Assembly: GCA_022791255.1 (NCBI GenBank)
Contig: JAAVYR010000004.1
Coordinates: 25,992 to 89,991 of the forward strand
DNA length: 64,000 nt
Origin: Peptococcaceae bacterium
Lineage (GTDB): Bacteria; Bacillota; Dehalobacteriia; UBA4068; JAAVYR01
Reading direction: 5' to 3'
Positions 21,408 to 31,617 of this stretch are shown in pieces; the first letter of the stretch is position 1, and every line of letters begins with the position of its first letter. Under the pieces are notes generated by a model, which ran no database searches, had not been told where the DNA came from, and saw only the letters and a program-made list of their open reading frames with translations. Position numbers and translations under genes: made by a program.

Positions 21408-21482
21408 AAAAGAAAAATCCCCCTCTTTCCTGACAGCGTTCTGATTACAATATATGCCGACAAAAGAAAAAGGGGAATTTAC

Positions 21483-21803
21483 CTATACCTGTTTTGGCAA
21501 CAAATCTAAAATCTGCTGTTTGGAACCAAAGCCTACATGGCGCGCTAAATCTTTACCGGCAACAAAACAGATAACCGTCGGAATAGAATAGACATGATAA
21601 GCTCTTGCTAAATTCTTCGCTTCCTCTACATTCACTTTTGCCACAACAACCCGATCCTTTTCTGTCTCTGCCAGCTGTTCCAGCATCGGCGCCAACATCT
21701 TACACGGCCCGCACCAAGGCGCGAAAAAATCTACCAGCACTGGTTTCTCCTGCCCTTTTAAAAATGCTGCAGCATTTTCTTCTGTCAAAAAAGGAATTGC
21801 CAT
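21483..21803 (-). CDS. trxA: thioredoxin
   Basis: WCGPC active site. About 106 aa from Met MAIPF…, which has an upstream aggagg RBS. Confidence 0.85.
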   Translation of the reverse strand: MAIPFLTEENAAAFLKGQEKPVLVDFFAPWCGPCKMLAPMLEQLAETEKDRVVVAKVNVEEAKNLARAYHVYSIPTVICFVAGKDLARHVGFGSKQQILDLLPKQV

Positions 21804-21896
21804 AGAACAAATATCCTCCTGTTTTTCTTTGCAAATCATATTGATAATATATGCAAAAGATACAAACAGGAGCATGTCCTCGAGGCAATTCCCTTT

Positions 21897-22601
21897 TTAT
21901 GCCTTATGAAAGCGCCATAAAAGAAACAAGGCAATAAGGCCAAAACCTGCCACAAAGAAAAGAATATCAACCAAACTGCTGCGAACCCAAGGCACCAGCC
22001 ACATAGCCCACATATCTAAAAGGATAAGCGGCACAACACTCCAGAATATCAGCAGCAAACAGAAAAATTTTAATTGCAAAGATTTACCATCCACCCGCTC
22101 CTCCGGGTAAAGTGCCTGATAGGCTTTGACTTCAAACTGCAATGACCAACAAGCCCCCATAAAGAGACAGACGCTTAATGCCTGGGCAATAAGTCCAATG
22201 CCAAAGCTATAATAATCCTGCTGTTCCAGCCAAACAATGCCAAAGCAAATGGTACCCAACAAACTGATAAAGAGCGCTACAAGGCAGTGTTTTTTAAATT
22301 TTTCTATTTGCCGCGCCAATTGATACCGATGAAGGGTAACGCCATCCGCTTCAGGTAGGCTGCCGCCTAGTTCTGCACAGTCCGCTACTGCCATGCTCCC
22401 TCGCAATAGCTCGTCGACTGATACCCCTAATACCTCGCTAATAACAGGAAATAGACTAATATCAGGCAGTCCCTCCCCCGTTTCCCATTTGGAGACGGCT
22501 TTATTGGTTACCCCTAATAGTTCCGCCAGCTGCTGTTGGGTATAGCCCAAGGCCTTTCGCTTTTCTAAGATAAATTGACCGATTTTCTGACTATCAACCA
22601 T
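21897..22601 (-). CDS. XRE-family HTH transcriptional regulator with C-terminal transmembrane domain
   Basis: N-terminal Cro/C1 HTH (GYTQQQLAELLGVTNKAVSKWETG) followed by 4 predicted TM helices. Confidence 0.75.
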   Translation of the reverse strand: MVDSQKIGQFILEKRKALGYTQQQLAELLGVTNKAVSKWETGEGLPDISLFPVISEVLGVSVDELLRGSMAVADCAELGGSLPEADGVTLHRYQLARQIEKFKKHCLVALFISLLGTICFGIVWLEQQDYYSFGIGLIAQALSVCLFMGACWSLQFEVKAYQALYPEERVDGKSLQLKFFCLLLIFWSVVPLILLDMWAMWLVPWVRSSLVDILFFVAGFGLIALFLLWRFHKA

Positions 22602-22644
22602 ACCCCATCCCGCCTTTCTGTTCCATTATATTTATTTCTCATGT

Positions 22645-23325
22645 TTATTTAGCTGCCTGGTCTATCACATCACACACCGTAAGCTTATCCCCATCAACAG
22701 TAAATCTCACATCAAAACCAGCAAAGGATACCCCATAAATCCGTTCTGGGTCATGGTGATAAGCAGGCCGCGGATCTTGAGCCAGAATGCCTAAGACAGC
22801 CCCTTGTTTCTCTGCAGGTAATTTCTGCAAAAGATGAGCGGGAAAATCCACTTGCAGCCCATATCCTTTCGTCTCCTTGGTATATCCTTCTGTGGCATCA
22901 GGATGACAGTCCGTATAGGGAATATAAGGTTTGACATCATAAATGGGTGTGCCATCTAATAAATCTGCTCCAGACACCCAGAGAATAGGACCAAGGTTTT
23001 CATCATAGGTGATGCGTTCTAACCGTACAGAAGAAAGCCCAATGGGATTAGGACGAAAAGGCGAACGGGTAGCAAAGACGCCCACACGGGTATTGCCATC
23101 GAGCCGAGGCGGACGGACAGTGGCCGACCAGTGTTCCTTTTCATTTTCCGAGAACTGCCAAAGTAACCAAATATGAGAAAACTGCTCCAATCCCCGGACA
23201 GCCTCCGGTGTGCGAAATTCCGGCGCAAAGACAATCCGCCCTTGTAACGCCGGTACCAGTCCGCTTTGCCGTGGAATGCCAAATTTATCTGAAAAATCAG
23301 TATGAATATGCCCAATCACTTTCAT
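22645..23325 (-). CDS. trmO: tRNA (N6-threonylcarbamoyladenosine-37-N6)-methyltransferase TrmO (TsaA/YaeB family)
   Basis: N-terminal TsaA-like β-barrel signature (GHIHTDFSDKFGIPRQ…RIVF) and a TrmO C-terminal domain. 226 aa. Confidence 0.75.
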   Translation of the reverse strand: MKVIGHIHTDFSDKFGIPRQSGLVPALQGRIVFAPEFRTPEAVRGLEQFSHIWLLWQFSENEKEHWSATVRPPRLDGNTRVGVFATRSPFRPNPIGLSSVRLERITYDENLGPILWVSGADLLDGTPIYDVKPYIPYTDCHPDATEGYTKETKGYGLQVDFPAHLLQKLPAEKQGAVLGILAQDPRPAYHHDPERIYGVSFAGFDVRFTVDGDKLTVCDVIDQAAK

Positions 23326-23460
23326 CTAAGCTATCCCCCTATTCCCTATGATGTTCTTTCTGCCTCAGCATAATACAAGACCAACAAAAAGGCAAGAAAC
23401 GCAATGTGGATACCTATCCACGGATAGTAGAATGCCCAGCTAGCCGACTATCCTATACAA

Positions 23461-23520
23461 TAAAAAAATACTTACTGCCAGCCGACCTCTGTCTCGTGTC
23501 AGCAGCAGTAAGTATTTTTT
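23461..23520. terminator. bidirectional terminator downstream of ggt
   Basis: atacttactgc…gcagtaagtat long hairpin flanked by A7 and T6. Confidence 0.55.
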
Positions 23521-23533
23521 AGGTATCAAGTGA

Positions 23534-25150
23534 TTAATAACAAGCGATTTGAGAGTCGCAACGGCGGTCGGTACCACCCATGAGTACGCCGGTTTTCGGG
23601 TCCCGCCAGATAATTTGCCCACGTCCAAAACCGTTTTCATCTACAGATGGCACAATGTCGTGTCCCATCCGGGCTAAAGCTTCTGCAATATGCTTTGGAA
23701 ATTCCGGCTCTACTTTGACGGTCCTTCCTTCGGTCCACATCCATCTTGGCGCGTCTAAGGCAGCTTGTGGGTTCAGGTGCCAATCAATGGTATTCATGAC
23801 TACTTGCAGGTGCCCCTGGGGCTGCATAAAGCCGCCCATAACACCGAAAGGCCCTACTGCTTCGCCATCCTTGGTAAGGAAACCTGGGATAATGGTATGA
23901 TAAGGCTTTTTCCCTGGCGCTAACGCATTGGGATGGGTTTCATCCATGGTAAAGCCAGCACCTCTATTTTGCAGGGAAATGCCAGTCCCCGGCACAACGA
24001 TACCAGAACCAAACTTCCGATAGTTACTCTGTATCATAGAAATCATATTGCCTTCGCCATCAGCTGCTGCCAGATATACTGTGCCGCCGCTAGGCAAAGT
24101 TCCCGGTTGCGGTAAGATGGCTTCTGCGGGATTAAATTGAGCCCGTCTCCCCGCTGCAAACTCCTCAGAGAGTAAATCCGCCACCTTGGCCTGCATAAAA
24201 CGAGGGTCGCTAATATATGCTTTGCCGTCGCTAAAGGCTAATTTTAATGCTTCGATTTGTTGGTGATAGGCAGCGGCTGTATCCTTGGCTGCAATGTCCA
24301 TACCATTTAAAGTGTTCAGGGCCATCAGGGCAACGAGACCTTGTCCGTTGGGTGGGATTTCCCATACATCATAGCCCCGATAATTAACGCTAATCGGGTC
24401 AACCCATTCCGTAGCAAAAGCAGCTAAATCCTCTTTACGAATAAATGCGTTATGTTTCCGAGAGAAAGCGTCGATTTTTTCTGCTAATTCTCCACGGTAA
24501 AAAGCTTCCCCATCAGTTTCAGCAATGAGCCGAAGCGTTGCACCTTGGGCAGGACAACGCCAATATTCCCCTGCAACGGGAGCCTTGCCCTCACTGTTGG
24601 TAAAGGTGTCAAAGAAAGGTTCTAATACTTCTCCCCAGTCTTTACTGCGATAATAGGCAATTTCATTGCGCCAGTACTTCGCCACGATGGGGGAAACAGG
24701 AAACCCTTCTTCTGCATAACGGATAGCCGGCGCTAAAGTTTCAATGAGCGGTAAACGGCCAAACTTCTTCGCAAGAGCTGCCCAGCCAGCAGGCGCTCCT
24801 GGCACCGTTACGGAAAGGAACCCCTCGGACGGCATTTCCGTAATGCCTCGTTCCTGCAAAGCTTCAATAGAAGCAAGTCCTGGCGCAAAGCCACTAGAAT
24901 TCATTCCATGGAGCTTGCCCCCTGTCCAGATAAGAGCAAAGTTGTCGCCGCCAATACCATTAGAGGTAGGCTCTACTACTGTGAGACATGCTGCCGTTGC
25001 AATAGCGGCGTCGATAGCGTTACCACCTTTTTGCAAGATGGAAAGACCAGCTTGAGCCGCAAGGTTTTGCGAAGTAGCAACCATACCGTTTTTCGCAAAG
25101 GTTGCAAACCGCTTAGAGGTATAGGGATAATACATGGCGTCCAAATTCAT
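23534..25150 (-). CDS. ggt: gamma-glutamyltranspeptidase
   Basis: GGT family: autoprocessing Thr region (PSGGTVYLAAAD) and small-subunit motifs (MIQSNYRKFGSGIVVPGTGISLQNRG). 538 aa. Confidence 0.9.
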   Translation of the reverse strand: MNLDAMYYPYTSKRFATFAKNGMVATSQNLAAQAGLSILQKGGNAIDAAIATAACLTVVEPTSNGIGGDNFALIWTGGKLHGMNSSGFAPGLASIEALQERGITEMPSEGFLSVTVPGAPAGWAALAKKFGRLPLIETLAPAIRYAEEGFPVSPIVAKYWRNEIAYYRSKDWGEVLEPFFDTFTNSEGKAPVAGEYWRCPAQGATLRLIAETDGEAFYRGELAEKIDAFSRKHNAFIRKEDLAAFATEWVDPISVNYRGYDVWEIPPNGQGLVALMALNTLNGMDIAAKDTAAAYHQQIEALKLAFSDGKAYISDPRFMQAKVADLLSEEFAAGRRAQFNPAEAILPQPGTLPSGGTVYLAAADGEGNMISMIQSNYRKFGSGIVVPGTGISLQNRGAGFTMDETHPNALAPGKKPYHTIIPGFLTKDGEAVGPFGVMGGFMQPQGHLQVVMNTIDWHLNPQAALDAPRWMWTEGRTVKVEPEFPKHIAEALARMGHDIVPSVDENGFGRGQIIWRDPKTGVLMGGTDRRCDSQIACY

Positions 25151-25220
25151 ATCTATTTCATCCTTTCCTTATAAGATATAGAAGCAGTAAGTATCTTTCT
25201 CGTACATGGTGACACGATCT

Positions 25221-25246
25221 GTCATCCTGAGCTTTAGCGAAGGATC
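25221..25246. repeat. dispersed short repeat (GTCATCCTGAGC-N-TAGCGAAGGATC family), copy 1
   Basis: gtcatcctgagctttagcgaaggatc. Related copies at 26539, 32322-32436 and 40151. Confidence 0.6.
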
Positions 25247-25414
25247 TTTTTCACCTGGCTTTATTTTACTAAAAAAATCCCCACCTTTCAACTAGGCAAC
25301 GACAATCGTTCTTTAAGATAAGTTATTGCTTTCTCAGGCAGCATTTGGTAAAATAGAGATACTAGTATAGGCTTAACATATGTCTATATCATAAATTTAA
25401 GGAGGACTTTCCAG

Positions 25415-26452
25415 ATGAAGATGAAAAAATCTCTTGCGCTCTTGTTATCTTTAGGGCTCGTTGCTTTTGCTTTCACTGGCTGCGGCAATAAAGATAACGA
25501 CGACCAAAAACAGGACGATGGTAAACAAGAAGCTGCTTCCAGCTATGTATGGGGCTCTGCTTCCTTAGGCTCTAACGGTTATGTTATTATTGAGTCCTTT
25601 GTTACTACGATTAACAAAAACAAAGAAGCTGTTCCCTTCCAAAACTCTTCTGTAGCTACTGGTGGCGGTGCTGAAAACATGCAGCTTTTGGATGACAACG
25701 AAATCCAATTCGGTCAAGGCATGAGCTCTGATATGGCTAATGCCAAAAACGGCTTGGAACCATACGGCAAAGTAATCGAATTCAACCAAATTTTAGGCTA
25801 TCAAAACTCTGACTTGCCTATCGTTGTATTCGAAGACTCCGCTTATCAAAAACCAGAAGACCTGAAAGGTGCAAAAATCGCTGTAGGTCCTGCTAATGGC
25901 GGTGCAGCTTTCGTTGCAAAAATTCTCTTTGAAGAATTAGGCATGTCTGATGATGTTACCTTTGTTTATGGCTCTTGGCAAGAATGCGCTGACGCTTTGA
26001 AAGTAGGTCAAGCTGACGCTGCTGTCAACTACCACATCAATGGTAAATATGTAACTTCTGTATTCCAAGAATTATACGAAACAAAACCAATGCGGGCTAT
26101 CGGTGTTGACCCTGCTGTTATCGAAAGCTTAGTTGAAAAACACGAAGGCTTATTCGTTTCTAAAATCTTAGACGGCGCTTATCCTGCATATAAAGGCGAA
26201 CAACCTTGCGTAGGTACCACTGCAGTTCTCTGCTGCCGGGCTGATGTGCCGGAAGATGTTGTTTACACTGTTACCAAAATCATTTTGGAAAATGTTGACA
26301 AAGTAACTGAAATGGCTCCTACCCAATTAGATGGCTTCAGCAAAGAAATGGCAATCAATACTTTAGTACCAGGGTATCCTATCCACCCAGGTGCTGCAAA
26401 ATACTTCAAAGAAGCTGGTCTCTGGACTGACGATATGGTAATGGCTGAATAA
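25415..26452 (+). CDS. TAXI-family TRAP transporter solute-binding lipoprotein
   Basis: Lipoprotein signal (LLSLGLVAFAFTGCG) and a TAXI/immunogenic-protein-like fold. Followed by a fused TRAP permease gene. Confidence 0.7.
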   Translation: MKMKKSLALLLSLGLVAFAFTGCGNKDNDDQKQDDGKQEAASSYVWGSASLGSNGYVIIESFVTTINKNKEAVPFQNSSVATGGGAENMQLLDDNEIQFGQGMSSDMANAKNGLEPYGKVIEFNQILGYQNSDLPIVVFEDSAYQKPEDLKGAKIAVGPANGGAAFVAKILFEELGMSDDVTFVYGSWQECADALKVGQADAAVNYHINGKYVTSVFQELYETKPMRAIGVDPAVIESLVEKHEGLFVSKILDGAYPAYKGEQPCVGTTAVLCCRADVPEDVVYTVTKIILENVDKVTEMAPTQLDGFSKEMAINTLVPGYPIHPGAAKYFKEAGLWTDDMVMAE

Positions 26453-26488
26453 TTTATAGCTCCATAGTTTTATAGTTTATATAAGAAA

Positions 26489-26520
26489 CGCTGGGAGAGT
26501 AATCTCTCCCAGCGAATTCT
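26489..26520. terminator. hairpin (attenuator or terminator) between the TAXI binding-protein gene and the TRAP permease gene
   Basis: cgctgggagag-taatc-tctcccagcg with a weak T-run. Confidence 0.45.
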
Positions 26521-26538
26521 TACCAGATATGAACGATT

Positions 26539-26584
26539 GTCATTCTGAGCCATAGCGAAGCAGCCATACCATTCTCAGCATGAC
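26539..26584. repeat. dispersed short repeat family, copy 2 (with inverted partner)
   Basis: gtcattctgagccatagcgaagcagc, followed by the inverted ctcagcatgac, forming a hairpin. Confidence 0.55.
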
Positions 26585-26705
26585 AGTAATACTTTAAATT
26601 AAATCAGAAAACTAGTAAGGGTTGTTCGTTTTAGAAAGAATGAAATGGACAACCTTTCTTAAAATATTGGTAATAAAAATCCTGAAAAGAAAGGTGGTTT
26701 TCCCC

Positions 26706-28682
26706 GTGACAGACCAGGAAAAACCTGCCTCCACAACAGAACAACCAGAAGTACAAGCCGCACCTAAAAGCAGCTTTGATACTTCTTTCTTGATGAAGTT
26801 TATTTCCATTTTCGCGCTAGTGGTAGCTGTTTACCACTTCTTAAACGCCCGCTTTATGTTCTGGGCCCTAGACCAACACAAAGCCATTCACTTAGGCACT
26901 GGCCTTGTTTTGGTATTCTTACTCTCCACTAAAAATAAATCTAAGTTTTATAAAATCATTTCTTATGCACTAGCAGCGCTCTCAGCTGGTGTGGCGATTT
27001 ACACAGCCATGAATTATTATGCCATCCAAGCCCGTATCACACCTAACGACGCAGACTTGATTTTAGGCATTCTCACAGTGCTCTTGGTGTTAGAAGGCAC
27101 TCGGCGTTCTTGGGGGCCTATTATCCCAGCTATCGTACTGCTTGCTATTGCTTATGCAGCTTTTGGTAATTATTTACCGGGGATATTCTATCACGGGGGA
27201 CTCAGACTCTCTCGTATCATCGCTTATATTTGCACCAATTTCACCGGTATTTACGGTTCTCTTTCCAGCTCTGGTGCTATGGAAGTATTCATGTTTGTCC
27301 TTTTGGGCTGCCTTTTGGAAGCCTCTGGCGGCATCGACTTCTTTATGAAAATCTCCAAAGGCATCGGTAGCCGGTTCCGTTCCGGCCCAGCACAAACAGC
27401 CGTTATCGCCAGCGGTTGCATGGGTACCATCTCTGGTTCTATTGCTGCCAATGTTGTTACCACTGGTAGCATCACCATTCCCATGATGATTAAGACCGGT
27501 TATTCCAAAGAATTTGCAGGAGCCGTAGAAACCTGCGCCTCCACCGGCGGACAGCTCATGCCGCCTGTTATGGGGGTAGCAGCGTTCCTGATTGCCTCCT
27601 CTACCAGCCTTCCTTACATCACCATTTGTAAGATGGCACTGTACCCGGCTCTGGTTTATTTCTTATACCTTTGCTTCAGCATTCAGATTAAAGCCTTAAA
27701 GCTCCATCTGCCAAAAGGTGAAAAGGTATCCGAAACCAAACAAGCCTTCAAGGAAAACGGTCATTTGCTGTTGTTCTTGCCGGTACTGATTTATCTCTTA
27801 TCCATCAGCACACCGCCAGCCATTGCCGCCTTCTGGACTTGCGTTGCTCTTATTGGCCTGGTAGCAGCCAAAAAGCTAGTTACTTGCAAAGGTGATATGC
27901 ACCGCTTCTTTGTAGAAATGAAAGAATTTTTATATTTGGGCTTTAAAGACGGTGCGATCCAAGGGACCAAAATTGGTTTGATTTTAGCTTGCCTTGGCAT
28001 TATGGTAGAAATTTTCGTTATTACCGGTTTCGCTCAGAAAATGTCCTTCCAGATGATTGAACTTTCTGGCGGCATTTTACCATTACTTCTCTTCTATGTA
28101 GCGCTTACCTGTATCTTGTTTGGTATGGGCATGCCCACTACTGGAGCATATCTGGTAGTATCTATTTTAGCAGCACCAGCATTGGTTACCTATGGCATTC
28201 CCCTGGCTGCGGCTCACTTCTTCGTGTTCTATTACGGCCTCATGGCCTCTGTTACCCCACCAGTAGGGGTAGGGGCAATTGTCGCCAGCGGTATCTCTAA
28301 TGGTAACTATATGAAAACCGCTATCGAAGCTACCCGGTTAGCCCTTCCTGGTTTTGCCCTGCCGGTATTCTTCATCTACCGTCCAGAAATTCTCTGGATA
28401 GATGCAGGTTTTGTCAGTGCAACCCTTGCTTTTTTAAGCGCTCTTATTGCTTGCGCATGTGTAGCAGTGCTCTTAGAACGGTTTTATCTCACCAAGCTGC
28501 GCCTTTGGCAGGCAGCTGTGCTCCTGGTTATTTTAGCACTAACCATCGACCCAGGCGCTCTCACTTCTATTGCAGGGATTGCCGCTTTTGTGGCGCTTAC
28601 GGTCATCCAATACAAACAATATAAAAATGAATATGACCTAACAGCACCACCAATTTTACAAAATCAACCGAAAGTAAAATAA
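26706..28682 (+). CDS. TAXI-TRAP transporter fused 4TM/12TM permease
   Basis: About 660-aa polytopic membrane protein typical of TRAP-T DctQ/DctM fusions encoded next to TAXI receptors. Probable GTG start at 26706 after RBS aaggtgg. Confidence 0.7.
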   Translation: MTDQEKPASTTEQPEVQAAPKSSFDTSFLMKFISIFALVVAVYHFLNARFMFWALDQHKAIHLGTGLVLVFLLSTKNKSKFYKIISYALAALSAGVAIYTAMNYYAIQARITPNDADLILGILTVLLVLEGTRRSWGPIIPAIVLLAIAYAAFGNYLPGIFYHGGLRLSRIIAYICTNFTGIYGSLSSSGAMEVFMFVLLGCLLEASGGIDFFMKISKGIGSRFRSGPAQTAVIASGCMGTISGSIAANVVTTGSITIPMMIKTGYSKEFAGAVETCASTGGQLMPPVMGVAAFLIASSTSLPYITICKMALYPALVYFLYLCFSIQIKALKLHLPKGEKVSETKQAFKENGHLLLFLPVLIYLLSISTPPAIAAFWTCVALIGLVAAKKLVTCKGDMHRFFVEMKEFLYLGFKDGAIQGTKIGLILACLGIMVEIFVITGFAQKMSFQMIELSGGILPLLLFYVALTCILFGMGMPTTGAYLVVSILAAPALVTYGIPLAAAHFFVFYYGLMASVTPPVGVGAIVASGISNGNYMKTAIEATRLALPGFALPVFFIYRPEILWIDAGFVSATLAFLSALIACACVAVLLERFYLTKLRLWQAAVLLVILALTIDPGALTSIAGIAAFVALTVIQYKQYKNEYDLTAPPILQNQPKVK

Positions 28683-28789
28683 CACACAAAACATGGAGGG
28701 CAGGAAAAGAGTAATTTCCTGTCCTTTTTACAAGAAATCATAGATTTTTGCGCAATACTATCATACCTATCTAAAGGAGGTTTTTTCCT

Positions 28790-30010
28790 ATGTCTAAATT
28801 ATTTTATCATGCCAATCTCATCGACGGTGTTCAAGACCAACCGATAACAGACGCCTGGCTGCTTGTAGATGAAAAATCCGGTACCATCACAGCAGTAGGC
28901 ACAGGGGATTGCAGCAAAGAAAAAGCAAATCTCGCCCCGGAAGATATCGTAGATGTGCAGGGGGCCTACATCGTTCCCGGCCTTATTGACTGTCATGTCC
29001 ACACCATGCGAGACGGTAGCCATAGCCCAGATACCATCCTCCGCACCGAACGACCAGAAATCATCGCCATTCGCTGCATCCGCAATGCCCAACGACACTT
29101 GGAAGTAGGCATCACCACGATCAAAGATAACGGCTCCCCGGGACTTTCCGCTATCTCTGCCAAGAAGGCCTTTGATATGGGGCTTTTCGTAGGTCCACAT
29201 ATGCTAGCAGCAGGCGCTCCTATCATCATGACCGGCGGACACTTTAAGACTGGCGGCGTAGAAATAGACGGCGCAGACGAAGCTAGAAAAGAAGCTCGTC
29301 TCCACCTGAAAAACGGCGCAGACTTTATTAAAATGCTAGCCAGCGGCGGTATTAATTCTCCAAAAGGCGAAGAGCCCGGCTCCCCAGAGCTTACTGTAGA
29401 AGAAATGCGAGCAGCTGTAGAAGTAGCCCATGCCAAAGGCCGCATCGCTTCTATCCACGCAGAAGGCTTAGAAGGTATCCGCAATGCCTTAGTCGCCGGT
29501 GCCGATACCATTGAGCACTGTTGCTGTGCAGACGATGACTGCATTGCAAAATTTGTTAAACAAGGTACTTACATGATACCTACGATTAAAGCCATCCGCA
29601 TTGTTGCAGAAGAAGACCTAGGTCTTCCTGCCCAAGTAGTAGAAAAAGCCAAAAAGATTGCCGCCGTCCACTTCCCCGTGCTAGAAAAAGCCATCAAAGC
29701 TGGGGTAAAGATTGCCACCGGCACCGACTCTTGCTCTCCTGGTTTCCCACCAGAACGATACTTTGAAGAACTCCTATGTTATGAAGAAGCCGGCATGACC
29801 AGAATGGAAGTTATTAAAACTTCTACTGCCAATGCAGCAGAGGCCATTGGCTTAAAAGATGAGCTAGGCACCTTGCGACCAGGCTTACGGGCAGATTTTC
29901 TCATCTTAGAGGCAAACCCCTTAGACGATTTAAGAAATCTCAGAAAGCAGCGAGATATTTATCATGATGGCAAACGGGTAGCGTTGCCCTTAGTCTGCCC
30001 ATTACCATAA
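28790..30010 (+). CDS. amidohydrolase-family metal-dependent hydrolase
   Basis: HxH motif (DCHVHTM), downstream His/Asp metal ligands and a C-terminal GTD…PG motif. Strong RBS aaaggagg. Confidence 0.75.
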   Translation: MSKLFYHANLIDGVQDQPITDAWLLVDEKSGTITAVGTGDCSKEKANLAPEDIVDVQGAYIVPGLIDCHVHTMRDGSHSPDTILRTERPEIIAIRCIRNAQRHLEVGITTIKDNGSPGLSAISAKKAFDMGLFVGPHMLAAGAPIIMTGGHFKTGGVEIDGADEARKEARLHLKNGADFIKMLASGGINSPKGEEPGSPELTVEEMRAAVEVAHAKGRIASIHAEGLEGIRNALVAGADTIEHCCCADDDCIAKFVKQGTYMIPTIKAIRIVAEEDLGLPAQVVEKAKKIAAVHFPVLEKAIKAGVKIATGTDSCSPGFPPERYFEELLCYEEAGMTRMEVIKTSTANAAEAIGLKDELGTLRPGLRADFLILEANPLDDLRNLRKQRDIYHDGKRVALPLVCPLP

Positions 30011-30022
30011 GAAGCAAGTTAT

Positions 30023-30051
30023 TTGACTTCTAAAATATCTTTTGTTATAAT
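30023..30051 (+). promoter_or_regulatory. sigma-A-type promoter (TTGACT-17-TATAAT) for the MATE leader
   Basis: Consensus -35 at 30023-30028 and -10 at 30046-30051 with a 17-nt spacer. Confidence 0.6.
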
Positions 30052-30078
30052 AAGCGCAATTCATCCATCTGATTTGTT

Positions 30079-30147
30079 GAGGCGTTCGGAAGTTACCCCT
30101 GTGGTGCAGCAATCGCTGCATGGTAGCTTTCCGTCCGCCTCTTTTTT
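30079..30147 (+). terminator. leader-region intrinsic terminator (attenuator) upstream of MATE gene
   Basis: gaggcgttcggaag…ctttccgtccgcctc stem enclosing an inner hairpin, followed by T6. The downstream aggcggacg at the RBS is complementary to the 3' arm. Confidence 0.5.
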
Positions 30148-30183
30148 GAAACTACCCGAGAAAATTAGAAAGGCGGACGACCA

Positions 30184-31518
30184 GTGAAACAGGATTTGAC
30201 AAAAGGCAGCATTGCCAAAACTTTAGCACTGTTTACCATTCCCCTCATCTTAAGCGGCCTTTTGCAGCAGCTTTTCAACTGGGTGGACGCCTTCATCGTG
30301 GGCAATGTAGAAGGAGAAAGTGCCCTTGCCGGCATCGGCGCCACCACCTCTCTCTATAATTTATTTGTGACAGTCATTGTCGGTTTCACCTCAGGCATCT
30401 CGGTGCTCACCGCCCAACGCTATGGCATGGGGGAACGAGAACAGCTAAAAGACATTTTATCCTCTTTTGTTTTCCTGCTAGGCGCCGCGTTTCTAGCTAT
30501 CACAGCCATCGGCATCCCGCTGACAGCACCCATCCTTACGCTTTTGGATACTCCAGCAGATATTTTTTCCATTGGCAAAAGCTACATGCAAATCATGTTC
30601 CTAGGCATCCCCTGCCTTGCCATTTATAATGTGTATGCAGCCGTACTCAGAGGCCTAGGGGATAGCAGAGCCCCCTTTTTATCTGTCTTGGTTTGCTCTG
30701 GACTTAATGTCCTTTTAGATATCCTCTTCGTCGTGGTACTGCCTTATGGCGCCACAGGTGCAGCGGCAGCTACTGTCATTTCCCAGGCCGCCATGACGCT
30801 CTTCGTCATTGGTTACACCCTCCGGAAATATCCTCTATTACGCTTCCCTTTCAGAAGAAGCTCTCCCAATGGACTTATTTTATCCAGCGGCACCATGTTT
30901 AGCTTGCCGCCGGCGGTACAAGCAGGCACCACCTCACTGGGAAATATTTTCCTGCAGCGCTTTATGAATGGGTTCGGTGAACAAACAGTCGCTGCCATCA
31001 CCACAGCCTACCGCGTCGATTGTGTCATTATTCTGCCCATTATTAATTTCGGCTCCGGCATCGCCACCATTGTCGCCCAAAACATCGGCGCCGGCAATGA
31101 GAAACGAGCCCAAGAAACACTAAAAACAGGCACCATAATGATTGGCATCATCGCCCTTTGTCTTACAGCCATCGTATTATTTGCCGGCGGACCCCTCATC
31201 GCCCTCTTTGGGCTCACAGCAGAGTCCGTTGCCATTGGCAAAGCCTTCTTCCAATCTATCGCTGTCTGCTACATCGTCTATGGACTGGCCATGGCAGTGC
31301 GGGGTTATCTAGAGGGCCTAGGAGATATGCTTTTTTCAGGCCTTGCCGGTATCACCGCCCTTGCTGTCCGCATTGGTGCGTCCTATGGATTTGCCGACAG
31401 GTTTGGTAACCTGGTCATCGGCTATGCAGAGGCCTTTTCTTGGCTGGTGTTGCTAGCCATCTATCTCTGTCGCTTTTGTCTGAAGAACAAACATAGGCAA
31501 TCACTAAAACAACCGTAA
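30184..31518 (+). CDS. MATE family efflux transporter
   Basis: 12-TM MatE-type sequence. GTG start with RBS aaaggcgg. Confidence 0.85.
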   Translation: MKQDLTKGSIAKTLALFTIPLILSGLLQQLFNWVDAFIVGNVEGESALAGIGATTSLYNLFVTVIVGFTSGISVLTAQRYGMGEREQLKDILSSFVFLLGAAFLAITAIGIPLTAPILTLLDTPADIFSIGKSYMQIMFLGIPCLAIYNVYAAVLRGLGDSRAPFLSVLVCSGLNVLLDILFVVVLPYGATGAAAATVISQAAMTLFVIGYTLRKYPLLRFPFRRSSPNGLILSSGTMFSLPPAVQAGTTSLGNIFLQRFMNGFGEQTVAAITTAYRVDCVIILPIINFGSGIATIVAQNIGAGNEKRAQETLKTGTIMIGIIALCLTAIVLFAGGPLIALFGLTAESVAIGKAFFQSIAVCYIVYGLAMAVRGYLEGLGDMLFSGLAGITALAVRIGASYGFADRFGNLVIGYAEAFSWLVLLAIYLCRFCLKNKHRQSLKQP

Positions 31519-31617
31519 TAAACGATTACAAAAATCTCCTTTCTAGTATTTCTATGATTTTGACACATTCGTTCAAGAGGCCCCAGAGCAATAAATGATA
31601 ACAAAGGGAGTTTTATT

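Noticed and set aside
23440-23640. ORF 23440..23640 (-) overlapping the 3' end of ggt and its terminator
   Set aside because: It is an out-of-frame overlap with ggt across a terminator hairpin, and its composition is not protein-like.
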